This document shows positions 46,887 through 60,744 of a DNA stretch of 64,000 bases, piece after piece. The position numbers were made by a program, and so were the translations under genes. Within the stretch, counting starts at the first letter, position 1; each line of letters starts with the position of its first letter. The notes beneath the pieces were generated by a model. The model was not told where the DNA came from and ran no database searches. It saw only the letters and a list, made by a program, of their open reading frames with translations. The stretch lies in NCBI GenBank assembly GCA_000165425.1, contig CT868012.1, forward strand, positions 62,001-126,000, given 5' to 3'. Source of the DNA: Paramecium tetraurelia (Eukaryota).

Positions 46887-49800
46887 TCATTTAAGACCTG
46901 ATCTTTACAACTTTTTCTCAAAATAATGAAGAACTATAAACGATAATTTGAATGATTACTTTCCTCATCATTATATAAGCACCAAAAATTCCCGTTGTCG
47001 CACCCTACTGTCTAGAATCTTAATTGAGCAAACTCACTTTATTAAAATATTATTTAGGTGCTCGTGATATAATTCCCACTCCTGTCACTTAGCAACAACT
47101 TTTAACCCTGAATGGCCTTAATCAATGCAAAATTTTAATCGTAAATCTTTTTATCCTGGTTTTTTTCAATAACCAATCCATCCTATTTCATTTTCATTAT
47201 AAAAATGTCATCAAAATAAAACCCACTATCAGTCATATATATGAATTCCGATGAAAAAGGAGTCAGAGGTATGATATTATTAATTTTCTAAGGGATTTCT
47301 ATTGGGTGGATGAATATTTTTCCATCTCGATTATAAGCCATGAGTTTGTTGAAACTATTTAAAAATATGTACAAATTCATTGTGTAACTAATCTAACAAT
47401 AAGTAATGCTCCCATAACAAGTTAATTGTATCTTTTTAATTAGTGAGCCATTGTAATAGTGTATATGCACTTCATTAATCAAATCTACGCTCAAAATTTA
47501 AGAAGTTGAACAATCAATGTTAGTTATACTATAAACATGAGTTGATATGACAAGAAAAGGTGTAGATGAAATCTCATACTCTTTGGTCAACTCCCACAAA
47601 GAAATACCACCATCTTCTTGTCCAATTATAAGTGCACATCTTGCATGGCAAATTCTTATGCATTGGATGTTTGAATTATTTTAAGTGCTATGTTATTTAT
47701 ATTTCAAACTGTTCCCTTTGTATGATCTAAATTCTCCATTACGATATCCACCAAGAATGAAAAATATAGTACAACTTTAAAATAAACTCAATTTCTCAGT
47801 CTCTATAACATGAGCCTGAGATTCCTGTTTGTCTGGGAAATTCTAATTATCAAAATCTACGAAGCATATTAATTAATGAGTTAATGGCGATTTGGTTTCT
47901 AATTATTTCTTTTATTTGATCATCAAACAATCAGATTCAACAATCATTTTTGAATACAATTATTCATTCACATCCAGAATGATTGCTGTTCCTTTCTCTG
48001 TAATTAGTACAAATTGGTGACACGAATAATAGTAACTCGAAATTATTTTCTCATCCCCTTAGTAAAGCAATCTTCTTGTAGTCATTTTTATCTAGGCTTA
48101 ATCTCCAAAATAATTATGAACTAGCATAAAGTTAACTAATACATATTTTTCGAGGCAAATGCTTTTCTGTGAAAAATTGCTTAATCGATTACCCATTATC
48201 TTAAGCATTCATAATAGCTCTATTTAGATTTCTATCTAGGCTGATTTAACTCTAAAATTAAATAAATATTCTACTTGAGAAACAAATTCATTAGGTTTCA
48301 GTTACTATTAGAATTGCTGTCCTTTTAATGTTGGTTGGATTCCAAATACCAAATCTAGCCAAAATGGTAATATTTCTTGGACAATTCTTGATTCTAATTG
48401 AGCTCTCATGATATAAATGAATTCTTCAGGTGTTTAGGTTATTACCCAATTTGGCAATATGCAATCTGAAAAAAACTATGGATTAGAATAAAATTCAGGC
48501 ATTGCTTCCCCTAATTTTTATAATTCATCCATAAATTTAATTAAATTTGTTTTCCCATCTATTTTCATTTCAGCTATGGAATTTTCAATGGACTTTGTTA
48601 CTTGAGTTTGGTTTACTGAATCTCTCTCCTATCCTTAAGATAAAAAATAATATAATTATGCTCCACTTGAGTAGAAATATCCTTGGTTTTTTGCCTATTT
48701 TTGACTAAAAATACTTTAAGAAAATTAACGACTGACCTTTATAAAGCTATTGTTTAAATGCACAGTTGTCCAAGGGAAAATAAAATAATTGTTTATGTCC
48801 ATTAAGTTTCTACCTGAATGCTAATTTACTAAATAGATATATTGATAATTTGACAATTATCCTTATTGCCATTTTTGGATTAAATTCTTCTTGATCTCAG
48901 AAATTGATTTGGTTTTTAACAAATCCAGGTTTTAAAAATGTTTCTTCAATTATTTGAATTGATTTTCTTCATTTATTATTAGAAAGTAAAAACTTTGATA
49001 AGATTATTCAAATTATTTTATCAAAAAGCTTTTCTCTTAATTTTGATATTTCATTATAGTCACCTTACATTTCTAATTCGTTATTACAATCTCCTCATTT
49101 CTAAATGGATCAAAAAACTTAATACCAGATTACATAATTTTTATTCTTACTTCCTCACATTTATCCAAAATATTCTTTAAAGTCCCAATAATTACCTTAC
49201 ATTCTTACTTATCTTCACTCACACTAATTCTTTTAGACTCAAATATAGGATTGAACGAATTCAACTTATTTTAATCATTCGCTTAATTTTTCATAAAGAT
49301 ATATTTTTTGAAAATTATTTTATTTTCATAATCAACTAGATTTGAGTGTTTCCACTTAATTTTATAATTTTTTTTTTGGCTTTTCTAGTTCCATAAAATC
49401 TCTTCATTAAGTCCTTTAATAAATTATCTTAAAGAGGTTAAATTCATGAAATTATTCCAAAGATTAAAATCAATATATAAATTAAGTTGTGAAGTTTACT
49501 AAACTGATGATTCTTTTTAATCTTCTTCATCCTTAATCTTTATAACATTTAACGACATATTAAAAGTAGTATTCGTACTTATACTTTTTGATGAATCCTC
49601 TTCAATGAATTTTAGTGTGTTCCTCTTATATTCTTCATATTTTTATTCTAATTAAAGGTGATAGCCTTCGATCATTTTAATTTAATTATTAAATTCAGCC
49701 AGCATTGAATTAACAATATCATGATTCCCTTTAAATTAAGTTTCCTATTGCTATTCAATTTAACTAATAACCTCTTATATCTTTTTGAGTTGACCTTCTG

Positions 49801-52800
49801 ATGCATTTTGATTAATATCTTTAAAAACTTTCACAATACTGGGAAATTTAATTCCATTTTTGTCTGAACTGTAATTGAATAACCCATATAATTCCTGAAC
49901 AAAGGAATCATCCGTTTTCTTATTCATCTCTTCTTTATAGACATGTAAAAGCTTTAAAATATTATCAATAACAAATTCTTATGACTAATTTTTTAATGCT
50001 TAGCAGAAGATCTCAGCGAAGAGTCCAAATAGCCCTCCACAACTTAATTAATTTTCTATTTGCTAATTCTCCTTCTACTTTTTTTTTAAATTGAATTTGA
50101 AGAAATTCTTCTATTAAAAATATTCTATGTAGAAACTTAACAAGATCGAACATTATTATTTAGATTCAAAGGTTTGATCTTTGGCAAAGCAATCCTTTTT
50201 TATGATATTCAACATTTTAATAAGGTTTGCCAATATGACCACCTAATTTAGCAACTTTTGAATTTATATGGAATTCTTAATAAAATGTAATAACCGATAA
50301 AATATTTCAGGTGTTTGAGAATATATTTTTATTAACCTCCCTAAATCAATTGAATTGAGATGTTAACAGCTTATTTTTTATTTTAGGAGTTGTACATAAA
50401 CTTCTTGAGAAGTATTTGGAAGATCCTTATAACGCAAGGAATCAAAAAGTAATTCTAGCATAGTATTATTTGAGATTTCAAGAAGATCCTATTGCTACTA
50501 TGTTAACTTTAGGCATATTTAATCGATTATTGAAGGTTTATACTTGTTGTTAAGTATCTAGATATTATCATGTAAAACATAAGCAAGTAGATTTATAATC
50601 GCGCAGAGGGAGTTCACACTTTTAATTTCTTCGATTATAGTTTGAATAATGTTCAGATTTCTTCTTAGAGAATCTCTAAAGTAAAATATTTCGCTGATAA
50701 GTGAGTTTACAATATTTGGATTATATTGGAGGTTTTCTTTATGATAATCTTCAATATGAATTAGTAAGTAAATAAAATTCCCATTTTCAAAATTAATATT
50801 TTAATATGTTTTCATTTTACACGCATTCAATAAAGCAGAAAGATACAAAATATCATTCTTTGAGTTGATTATTAACGTATTTTAAGAGTATTTATTCAAG
50901 TTTGATCTCATGGCTTACTAAAACTTTGAACTAATTATCTTAAAATATAGCTCAATAATTTCAAGATAATCAGAACTTAAATCTTGATATTCAAAGAGCT
51001 TAGCAAACAATTGCATGTCATTGACAAATTTATAAAATAGGTTTTCGTGTTTGATTTTGATATTTGATTAAAAAGGCCAAATTATGTAAGATTTCAAAAA
51101 TTAAAAAAATTATTTTGTTGTAACAATCTAGAAGTTTGAATTTTAAATTATTTGGTCTATTACTTTTTCGAATGGGATTTAATATTATTACAGTGTTTTC
51201 ATAAAATAATTATTTAATATGACTTCATCTTCTATGAATTTTTCAAAAAATTAAAAATTATATATAACTTCATTGGTGAATTTTGAGTAATATTGTTGAT
51301 AGGATTCACTTAGTTTGTCATTAAAATTTTCTAAAATTTAAAGTAACTTTTAAATTTTTACTTTTGAAGTCAATTGTTTAAGTATTTAGATAAATAAATT
51401 GAACTCCTCCTTAAAGAAAACTTTCAGTATTTCCTCATCCCTTAAAATTATCTTATTTAGTAAAATACTTAATAGATCTGATATTTAATTTTCATATTCT
51501 TTCATTTATTTCTAATTCAAAATTTCTTGAAATACATGTAATATTAAAGATTGAATATTACTATGTTTTAAAATATCTCTCACATTAGATATTTGTTTAC
51601 ACGAGATAGAATTAATTTGATTATTATGCGTCTCAATCTCTTTATATTAAATAGTATCATTGACTTCAAATAGATCTTGTACAACCATATCCGACAATAC
51701 GAAAGGGTTAACCACTTTAGTAAATTTAGAAAATTTAATTAATTACTTAGTTTTAACTTGTGATTCCAAAATGGATTCGTTTTGTACTTGATCAGTCAGA
51801 ATGAAATTGAACATTTTCCCTCTAAAGATATTAGTCTCGTAATCAAACTATTGAGTTGCAAAGATATAACTAAGGGTACATGTTGATTCCATACTCTTCC
51901 CCAAATCAATTTAAACAATCTGGTTAATTTCCATTAGTTTTTTTTACTCACTTTTGCATAATTTACCATTAACAATAACAGTAAAAGATCCATTTTTGTA
52001 ATTTATTTAGTAATTATATTTGAGTGATTCTGGTACATTGATTTCGTAATTTTAGAATACTGGCACTAAAGCTTCCTATTTATTTACAAATTTAAATTAT
52101 CTTATCTAAACACATTTCTGGGAAATTAAAATTTTAACTCCACTTATTTTGTTGAAAATCTTTTCTGAATACAAAGTCACAATCTCATAGTATTGTTACC
52201 TAATTTCCTAAGGAATTATTATTTCCTGTGACTCCTAGAATCCATTAACTTCTTAAAATCCTTGATTATTAAGTTGGATTTCAAAATAGATTGTAAATCC
52301 TTTGGTAATAGGGAATTGGATTGGCAAATTAATATAGGAATTAAAATCTTTAAAAAGTATATATGAATCTTTTTCTTCCAAAAGGCTGTTGAAAATAGAT
52401 AGAAAATCTGATAACCCTTATTTAAAACTATAATTATCTACAAGTTTCAGTTATGGCTCAAAATATATATTAATGAGATCACTGTCATTTTCAAAGACTG
52501 AATCTGCTAATTGTTAGCTTTATTAATAATCAGGTATTTAATTGCGGAATATTAGCAATTTGTTTGAACCTCCAAAACATAATCTTAGGAGGGATTTTAA
52601 TTATATATTAGACAAGCTTGTTCCACAAATAAGCTGAATAATTTCAATCATTTTTTGTCTTATTTGATCTTATCCTTGATTCTTTTCTATGGCTAAGAGT
52701 AATATGATTTTGTTCACAATTGAAGAAAATTAAAGGATATTATAATTGACAAGTTCATAGATTCTATCCACAATTTATTTCTTATATTCAGCTGGTAATT

Positions 52801-55069
52801 CACATTCAAACATGATGCTTAAGAATATTTTCATTAAACGATAATTGAAGTATTTGTGGATACTTTCATTTATGCTACTCAAATTTTTAGTTACTCGATC
52901 TTCAAATATTAAGATGATGATATTTTCAAAAATAAATTTCATCTGAGTTGCTGAAAGTTCTTATATTAAGACCTTAACCATAAATTTATACAGAGACTAA
53001 TCAATATTGTCAAAGAATTGATTTAGTGCTATTATATCGTTATCAAGTAGCAAAAACTTTTGTATTGCTTTGATTATCTTGAGCTGGCATGTTAAAATGT
53101 CATATAAATCTTCCAATTCGCAATTTTGCGTTGAATTTGCAAAATCTAAGACTTTCTTCAAATATTATGAGATATGCAAAGCACAAGAGAGATCAAAAGT
53201 ATTTCTTGAGGGAACATCAAAATGTACTTCAATTTCTTAAAACGATTTTTCTAAAAATAAAAGTGGATGTTAATTAAGTAAAGAATTTGTATTGTCTTAT
53301 TAAATCGATTCATCACTAATTACAAAAATCGTCAGAATTGATCTTAAAGCGAATCTTATCTATTATGATAAAAATTTGACATCTTGATTGACAGTCTTCT
53401 CCTATTCAAAGAAAGCAATCATTTAATGCAGCTATTGAATTACTTGACATAAATTTATTTTTGGATCCATGGTACTCATTTTTTTATATTTTACAATTGA
53501 ATAATAAATATGGTTTATTATTTTCTACCTGCAGGCATTTTAATTGCAAATCAAAATATATTTTGCTGTATTGATGGGATCAAAAGTGAAAGACGATGGA
53601 GATACAAAATTGAAGATATAATTTTCAATGTTATCACCATAACATGCTAAATCACTAAGGATGAGAATGTCTAATAATTTTTTCTAAAATCTATATTCTT
53701 TAGCCAAGGGATGGTGAATGGAATCTTCCAATAATTACAATATTTTATTTGATCTTTTATTCTTCTTTTGGTTATATTTTAAAATATGTTATAAGGAATT
53801 CAAAATAAATTTAAAGAGTTGTTCAATGAACTCTTCTTCAAATTATTAATTTGGTTCAATCTTAAAACAAGATTTAATTATGTCTATTATTATCTCCTAC
53901 CATTTTGTTATAATCGCATTAGAATTTGAGAACTTTTCTATGTTGATAAAGAAAAATAAGAGTCTTTTTGAACCCAATCGAATTAGTTATAGAAATTAAT
54001 CTTTCCATTACATTGAATTTGTTATATAATCTTCGATTAGTGATCTTTTCGTTTCTTCCAAAATATCTGATGAAAGATACCTAGAAAACAACAACCATTT
54101 CAATTCTAGGATGTAACAATTGTTGATAAACCTCTGATCCAAAGTTAATATTTCTTAAAACATTTGTTGGAACATATTTTGATTTGAAACACTTAAGCAA
54201 TATTCAAAAATTGTACTTTTAAGGGTTTATTCAAATTTAAAGAGTGATTCCATATTTTCCAAAGTCGAGTAGTGATAGTTTAAGAAATCTTGTATGACTT
54301 TTTATAAGTATTATAATTTATTTGAGAGAATGATGGCTAAAATTGTTACTATTCTAAAATTGTAAAGTAGATTTAATAGGTTTTGAGTTTGATATTAATT
54401 AAAATGAAGACATGCTAATCTGAATAGAGTTTATCCTCTTTCGTAATATTCTAAGAAAAATTTATGTGAGTTCGCTTCAATATTAATTCTATAAAGACGT
54501 AAATAATAAACTAAATAAATCTAAGTAATATCGTAGAGCAGGGGTTTTGCTAAGGCGATATTTTGCATGAAATCAGTATCCACAGACAGTCTCTCCTGAA
54601 TAATTGAGACAAAAAAGTGAATTGCTTCAAATAATTAAGTATGATATTCACATTTAGCTTGAAAAGACATATTTTAAGCAACAAATTCTTAAGAGTTTTA
54701 AAGGCGATCTTTTTCTATTTGAGATTCACCAATACCGTCATTGGATTCCTTTAAAGTAGTTTCATCTAAGTCAAGTAATTTTTTATCATAGCTAGGATTG
54801 TTGGGAATTTCAATTATTTTCTTTAGACTCAAAAAACAATAGAATATGGTGCTTGTAGTAGGAGCTAATTCAAGGTTCTGATCAATCTAATGGAAATAGC
54901 TTTTTGAAAAGTCAAGGATAATATCTTTAGGAGGTATAATTTGTTCCATTTCTGCTATTTAAGCTTGTGTAACTTATAATTCATCAATCTGAATTGTGTC
55001 GTCTTGGTAAAAGAATTGTTGGACTCTTTTGTGTAATTTTGTATTAAACTTTTTAACCAATTATTACAT
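46887..55069 (-). CDS. Large BEACH + WD40 domain protein (~2,700 aa)
   Basis: BEACH motifs WQQGQLSNYQYIYLVNQHSGRNLMDINNYFIFPW, MPEFYSNP, LPNW and LESRIVQEILPFWLDLVFG, followed by a WD40-like C-terminus. Same frame at several spot checks from 55069. The 3' end assumes a 26-nt intron near 46934-46959. Confidence 0.8.
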
Positions 55070-55243
55070 AAATAATGTTTTTATATATTTTTAATAACAG
55101 AGAAATCTCGATTTTATTACTAAGTTTACTAATTTGAATACATCAATTTAAGGATACTTTTCGATTAGATGTGAGTGAGTGATTTGATTATTGGTTTGGA
55201 TAATGTTATATTAAATTATGATAATTGTATGAACATTGAAACA

Positions 55244-55986
55244 TCATTTGAATTCGTCATCTTCCTCATCAGGTAATGGTTGATTTTCAGCATTTTATCT
55301 TTCCTTTTCAATTTGAGCTGCATATTCTGGGTCAATGGGGATTTCAGGAGGCAAGAGAGCCATGGCTTAGACTAAGGCTAAGTTGGTATCACTAGAATAG
55401 AGATAGTTAAATACTTGGCCAATCTTCTCAATAAATATAAGAAGGGCTTTTCGTATTGATAATTAGATTTGGCTGAGACATCATAGTATTGGATATTGAC
55501 TTTTCTGTGGAAAGTGATTTATCTTGCCTTGACTTTTCTGTCTTTGGAATCAACCTAAAGGAGAATGAATAGGAATTAGATACCTTGTTGCCAACTAAGA
55601 CAATGGGGATGTTTTCACAGATTCTGGTGAGATCTTTATGCCATTTGGGTACATTTTTGTAGGAGATTCTTGATGTGACATCGAACATAATGATTGCACA
55701 ATTAGCTCCGATGTAATAGCCTTCTCTGAGTCCTCCTAATTTCTCTTGTCCTGCTGTGTCCCAGATGACTAATCTGATAGGACCGTGAGTTGTGTAGAAT
55801 ATAACTTGGCTCACTTCGACTCCTTATGTGGCTAAAAACACACTCAAATAAAATAGTACCTAGATATTTCTTTTCGAACTCTCCAGTCAAATGTCTCTTC
55901 ACAAAAGTTGTTTTACCAACTGCTCCATCACCTACGACAACTAATTTAAACTCTGCGGCAACTTAAACCTATTGTTGTTATGCCAT
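55244..55986 (-). CDS. RAN: Ran GTPase
   Basis: [57 protein letters not shown] and acidic tail [10 protein letters not shown]. Three introns. Confidence 0.97.
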
Positions 55987-56191
55987 TTTTTGCGCTTAAT
56001 TTTTGCTTTATATTTAAAATATTTAAAATGTTATCGAACATATTTAAGTAACAAAAATCCAATCAAATTGCAAATTTTGATAATTTAAATTTTTAAATTC
56101 CCCCCAAAACTATTAACATATTTAATCAAAATATCAGTATTAGTTTATATTTATTCAAATTCGTATTTCCATATCAATTTGCAAGACTTTA

Positions 56192-57153
56192 ATGTAACAA
56201 TTAGGAGCAGCACATCAAAATGTACCTCCAGAAACCACCATCCCAGATACTGCTGAATTAAGATACAATCAAGTGCTCTAGCCTTAATTAAAATGCTCAA
56301 AGTAAATGCATCAAAACAATTGATAGCATGTTAAAGCAGGCATCCTCATCGAAGTCATTGGTCTCCTATTGTGAGATATAGTAGATGATTATCACATCGG
56401 AGTCTATGATGTTATTTGATGCCCTAAATTGGCAGCTGTGTTTCTGTTGAATCTGTCAATCCTATTTTTCAATAAAAAATGGTTCAACACCTCAATTTAA
56501 CTGGGAGAATGAAAATTGCATAGGATGGCATCATTCCCATTAATCATATGGATGATGGTTATAAAGTGGTAATGCCAATTATTCTCCAATCGACATCAAT
56601 ACACATTAATCATATGAATAGTTAAATAAGAAATCTATTGCAGTTGTTATCGATCCCATTTAGACTGATTCCCTAATAAATTATGATCACGCAATAGGAA
56701 CCACGCAGACCACTTCCAATACTGCCATCTTCAAAAACCTGGACTAGCAGCAGTGTTGAGATGAATTCAATAGTTACTATTATTTGATCGATATCAAATT
56801 TAATTGCAATGATTTGGAGTAGAAGATTATTCCAGAACTTATATAAGAACAGGGATTGAAGTAATTGACTTAAGTAAACTTAGATGCAATTCAGCAATTG
56901 AAAATAGCAATAGAAATGAATAATGCGTTGAGGAGATGTCAAAATTGGGATGTGAGTATTACAAATTAATTGGTATTTAATTCAGTTAGCATTTAGAGTT
57001 GAGGATGAATCGAAAAAGGGAGAGTAGGTAACCAAATAAAGAATACAGGAAGGAAGGATCCTAAAAGACATCTGGAATTGAATGGTTGACGAATTGTTAG
57101 ATGAAAATCTTTATGCCATTTTGGGAAGAATGATGGCTACTAAAGCATTCTGA
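56192..57153 (+). pseudogene. RPN11: Decayed 26S proteasome deubiquitinase Rpn11/PSMD14 pseudogene
   Basis: Fragments IPDTAE, LALIKMLK, IVDDY, MPQIGSCVSVESVNPIFQQKM, GWHHSH, DINTHQSYEQLNKKSIAVVIDPIQ, QTTSN and RMMATKAF* lie in several frames, with in-frame TGAs. Confidence 0.88.
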
Positions 57154-57177
57154 ATGGAATTTGTGATATTAATAAAA

Positions 57178-58086
57178 ATGATTAATAATCTGATGTTTAC
57201 TCCAGAGCAATTTGCGGCAAATTACTAAATCAATTTTTCCAAATTATTAGGCAAAGGCCATGATAGTACTGTATTTTTGACTATGGACAAACAAACTAAA
57301 TAACAATATGCATTAAAATGTCTGGCTCAGACAACTGAGTAGAATGCCATCAACCTATTCGTAATTATAAAGTGATATTTTGAAGAGAACGAGATCCAAA
57401 TCCTTCGCCACATTCAACATCCGCATGTAATCCAAATGATTGGATATTGTTCAGATTGTTCTTGTATGTTACTTGAATTAATGCCGTTCGGCTCCCTCTA
57501 CAAGATACTACTCCAAGGTCCTTTGCCCCTTGCTATTGCAAATGGAATCATTCTATAAATTGCAGAAGCTCTCTCTTATCTTCACTCCAAAGGAATTACC
57601 CATGGTGATATTAAGTTAGATAACTTACTGATCTCTCAAGACTTCAAAGTTAAACTCTGTGACTTGGGGTTCTCTAAAATCCATGGATCCACTCCCATTC
57701 CCAAAGCTACAATCTCAGGAAGTGAAGGATACACAGCACCTGAAATTTGGCATATTCCATAAGATCTCAAAAAATGTGATATGTTCTCCTTGGGTGTGGT
57801 TTACTTTATCATGGTTACAGGACACCCTCCCTTTGAATCAAATAATCCATCAACTGAGGATGCTTGGTGGAAGTTAATAAAAAATGAGGATTGGAGCAAA
57901 TTTTGGAAAGAATTAAAATTAACTATTTTACCGGAATATGTAAGACATATGATTGAAAAATTACTTTGTGTCAATATATAACTTAGATATTCAGCTGATG
58001 AAATACTTTAAATACTAATTGACAAATCTGCTACCTCGGAATAAATTACTGATGAAATTAAGAAAAGACTTAATCAACCAAAATGA
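57178..58086 (+). CDS. Ser/Thr protein kinase (non-RD, HGD/DLG)
   Basis: [33 protein letters not shown] and DMFSLG. A 27-nt intron at 57361-57387 is required to keep the frame. Confidence 0.9.
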
Positions 58087-58350
58087 TTTATTTGTATATT
58101 TATAATATTAAAATTTATTGCAAAAAGAACTAAATTACCACCATTATTCACATTAATCCCAGTGCAATTTATGTGAATAATGGAGTATAATTAAGATTGT
58201 TGATTCTCAAAATACATTTAATAAATTGTGTGTTATTGAGTGAAATCAGAAAGCCAAAAAGAATTGTATAGAGTATTTCGATGATTGCAATAAACTCTTT
58301 TATATTAAATATGCTCCAAATAATGTACTGTATATGTAATAAATCAGTGC

Positions 58351-58686
58351 TCATTTCTTTTACTTCTTTTTGGTTTATTATTTCTTTCCTCCATTACCGA
58401 TAACAATTTTATTAACATCTAAGAATTTGAATGAATATCATACTCTATGGGAGTGTTTATTGAATTTTTTGGGCCTTATTCTTATCGGCTGTTTTGAAGG
58501 TGAAGAGATATTTCTTGCCTCTCAACTTGAATTTGGTGATCTTCTTTGACTCTTTGATATAGAGGTCTGAATGGATAAATTGAAATTCATACTCTTTTTT
58601 GGTTCTTTGCTAGCATCTTTTCCTTATGCTTCGCTACCTTTCATGAGTGAGAGGAACACCTTGACATCTTGAACTTCCTTAGGCAT
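58351..58686 (-). CDS. RPL38: 60S ribosomal protein L38 (eL38)
   Basis: [12 protein letters not shown]...[30 protein letters not shown]. Two tiny introns. Confidence 0.92.
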
Positions 58687-58737
58687 TTATTTTAAAAAAG
58701 ATTTAAAAATTTTAATAACAAAAACAAAAACACTAAT

Positions 58738-59538
58738 TCACTTTTGAACATAATCCTCTTTTGCTTGTTGATCATTCTTCCCTCTCAACTTCTTCAATTA
58801 TTCCTCAGAATAATGAGTGATTTCAGCCACCTTTTATTGAGTATCCTAATAACGAGACCCCTTTTTCTTGTAAATCCTGAATCCAAACACTCTAGGCACA
58901 TAAGTCTGATTGTTTGCAGGAATTTGAATCTCCTAAATGAAGTTCTAAAAAACCTTCAATATTGAATACTTACCATTAGAAATATCGACGGAAACGAACA
59001 GCCAAAGTAGGCGCCATCAACATCAGGACATTTCTTCTTTGGAATATAAACCTCTTCACACCTAGGACAGAACACCTTCACTCTTGAAGTACGTAATTCC
59101 TCACTCATCCCCACCGGTAAAACATTCTATCTTTCGCATAACACTCTTGGACAAGCTCCAAATTTACCTCCCAAGTACTTCTCCTTCATCATACTCAAAC
59201 CTTCATCCATATTTCTAAATACCTTTGGCTGTTATGATGAATCTTGCATGAATCAAACCATATAAGTCTGTGGCCTCCTAATATACTTCCAAGAATCTTT
59301 CATCTTCCAAATCCTCATCATCAGGTGTTTCAGAACTCAGAATCAAGTCCAAAGCTTCACTTAAAATGTTTACATTTCAAAAATACTTATAAAAATTGAA
59401 TTTGCTCTTCAAACCGTACAAGTTGAAGTTGTCTCTTATGAACTCATCATCCACTTCACACAAAAATTGATGATCTTCCATTGCACAAAACCATTAAACC
59501 CATCCTCCACCTTCCGAAATCGATGATTCTCTAGACAT
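58738..59538 (-). CDS. CSNK2B: Casein kinase II regulatory beta subunit
   Basis: WVQWFC..FLCEVDDEFIRDNFNLYGL, LYGLIHARFI, FGACPRVLC..VLPVG, FCPRCEEVY and DGAYFGCSFP. Confidence 0.96.
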
Positions 59539-60744
59539 ATTTAATAAAATAATTAATTTTATTAATCATTTCAAAAAACAATATTAATACTATTGTCATT
59601 CCAAAATTAGGTATATACAAATCGTTATTATTTTATGTATTCTCTCACTTCCTAAATCTGAAATAAATCAATAATTGGCACTCTTATTCTTATTTCATCG
59701 TATGCTCGTTTATAATTATAAATTGCAATGAGATTCTAGTACTCTAGAATTATTGATTTTGTTAATTCCTGAATATCTTCTATATTGTATATTTCAAGGT
59801 TTACAAATTTTTGAGAATAATCAAAAGAATTTTCTGATTGTGTTCATTTATCTATCATCCAATGATTAAACTTCAAATGAATATTATTATTTGCTCAACT
59901 ATAATTATATAAATCTGAAAAGCAAAATGAATGCAAATTTATCATATTCATTAATTCCTCAATTTGATATTAAGATTTTCTTAATAAGCATCTAATTTAG
60001 AAAGTTAAGAACTTATTAGTTTGTTATACATGCAAATTTAAGTGCCAATTATTGCTTCATTAAGATAACTAAAATTTATCCTATTATAATGGCGTTTATT
60101 CTATATCTTTCTATCATATTCTAATAATATCTCATAATAAATTTAATTAAGAATAAATGAGCCACACTGCTTATTAAATTTTTGATGAATTTTTAAAAGT
60201 AGTAATTTTCGTTGCATGATTTATCATTTATTGCTTAATTAAATAAAACCGTTATTATATTTGCTTCAACTTTTGAGAACCTACATTAAGATACAATAGG
60301 TATCAGTTAGATAATTTAGATATTCTTTAATCTTGGTTTATGTTTAATCTAAAATTATAAGCAATTTTACATATCTAATAACAAAGAAATTCAATCAATA
60401 TAATGATTTTATATAAATGCTTATGTTCTGTTACTATCCAAGATAAGAATGTTGAAATATCTTTACAATAAGGTGAGTAATAAAACAAATAAGACTATGT
60501 AGCTAAAAGAGTTTTAAGTGATGTAAACTTTTCTGCTGATTTATTTGATTGATCTTTTCTTATCCCTCTAAAGTCTTTAATTTAACTTTAGGATTTCTTG
60601 TTATTATGGATAATATTTCAAGTAGAGTGACTAGATTCACAGGATCAATACATAATCTTAGGGCAATGGTTAGGGTTTGTTTTGGTTCTGTGTCCAATGT
60701 CCATTAGATCTGCTGAGATGTGCTGATTTCATAATAATTAAATT

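Noticed and set aside
46800..47340. Apparent small plus-strand gene with an intron-like GT..AG
   Set aside because: This is the antisense of the BEACH gene's C-terminal coding frame.
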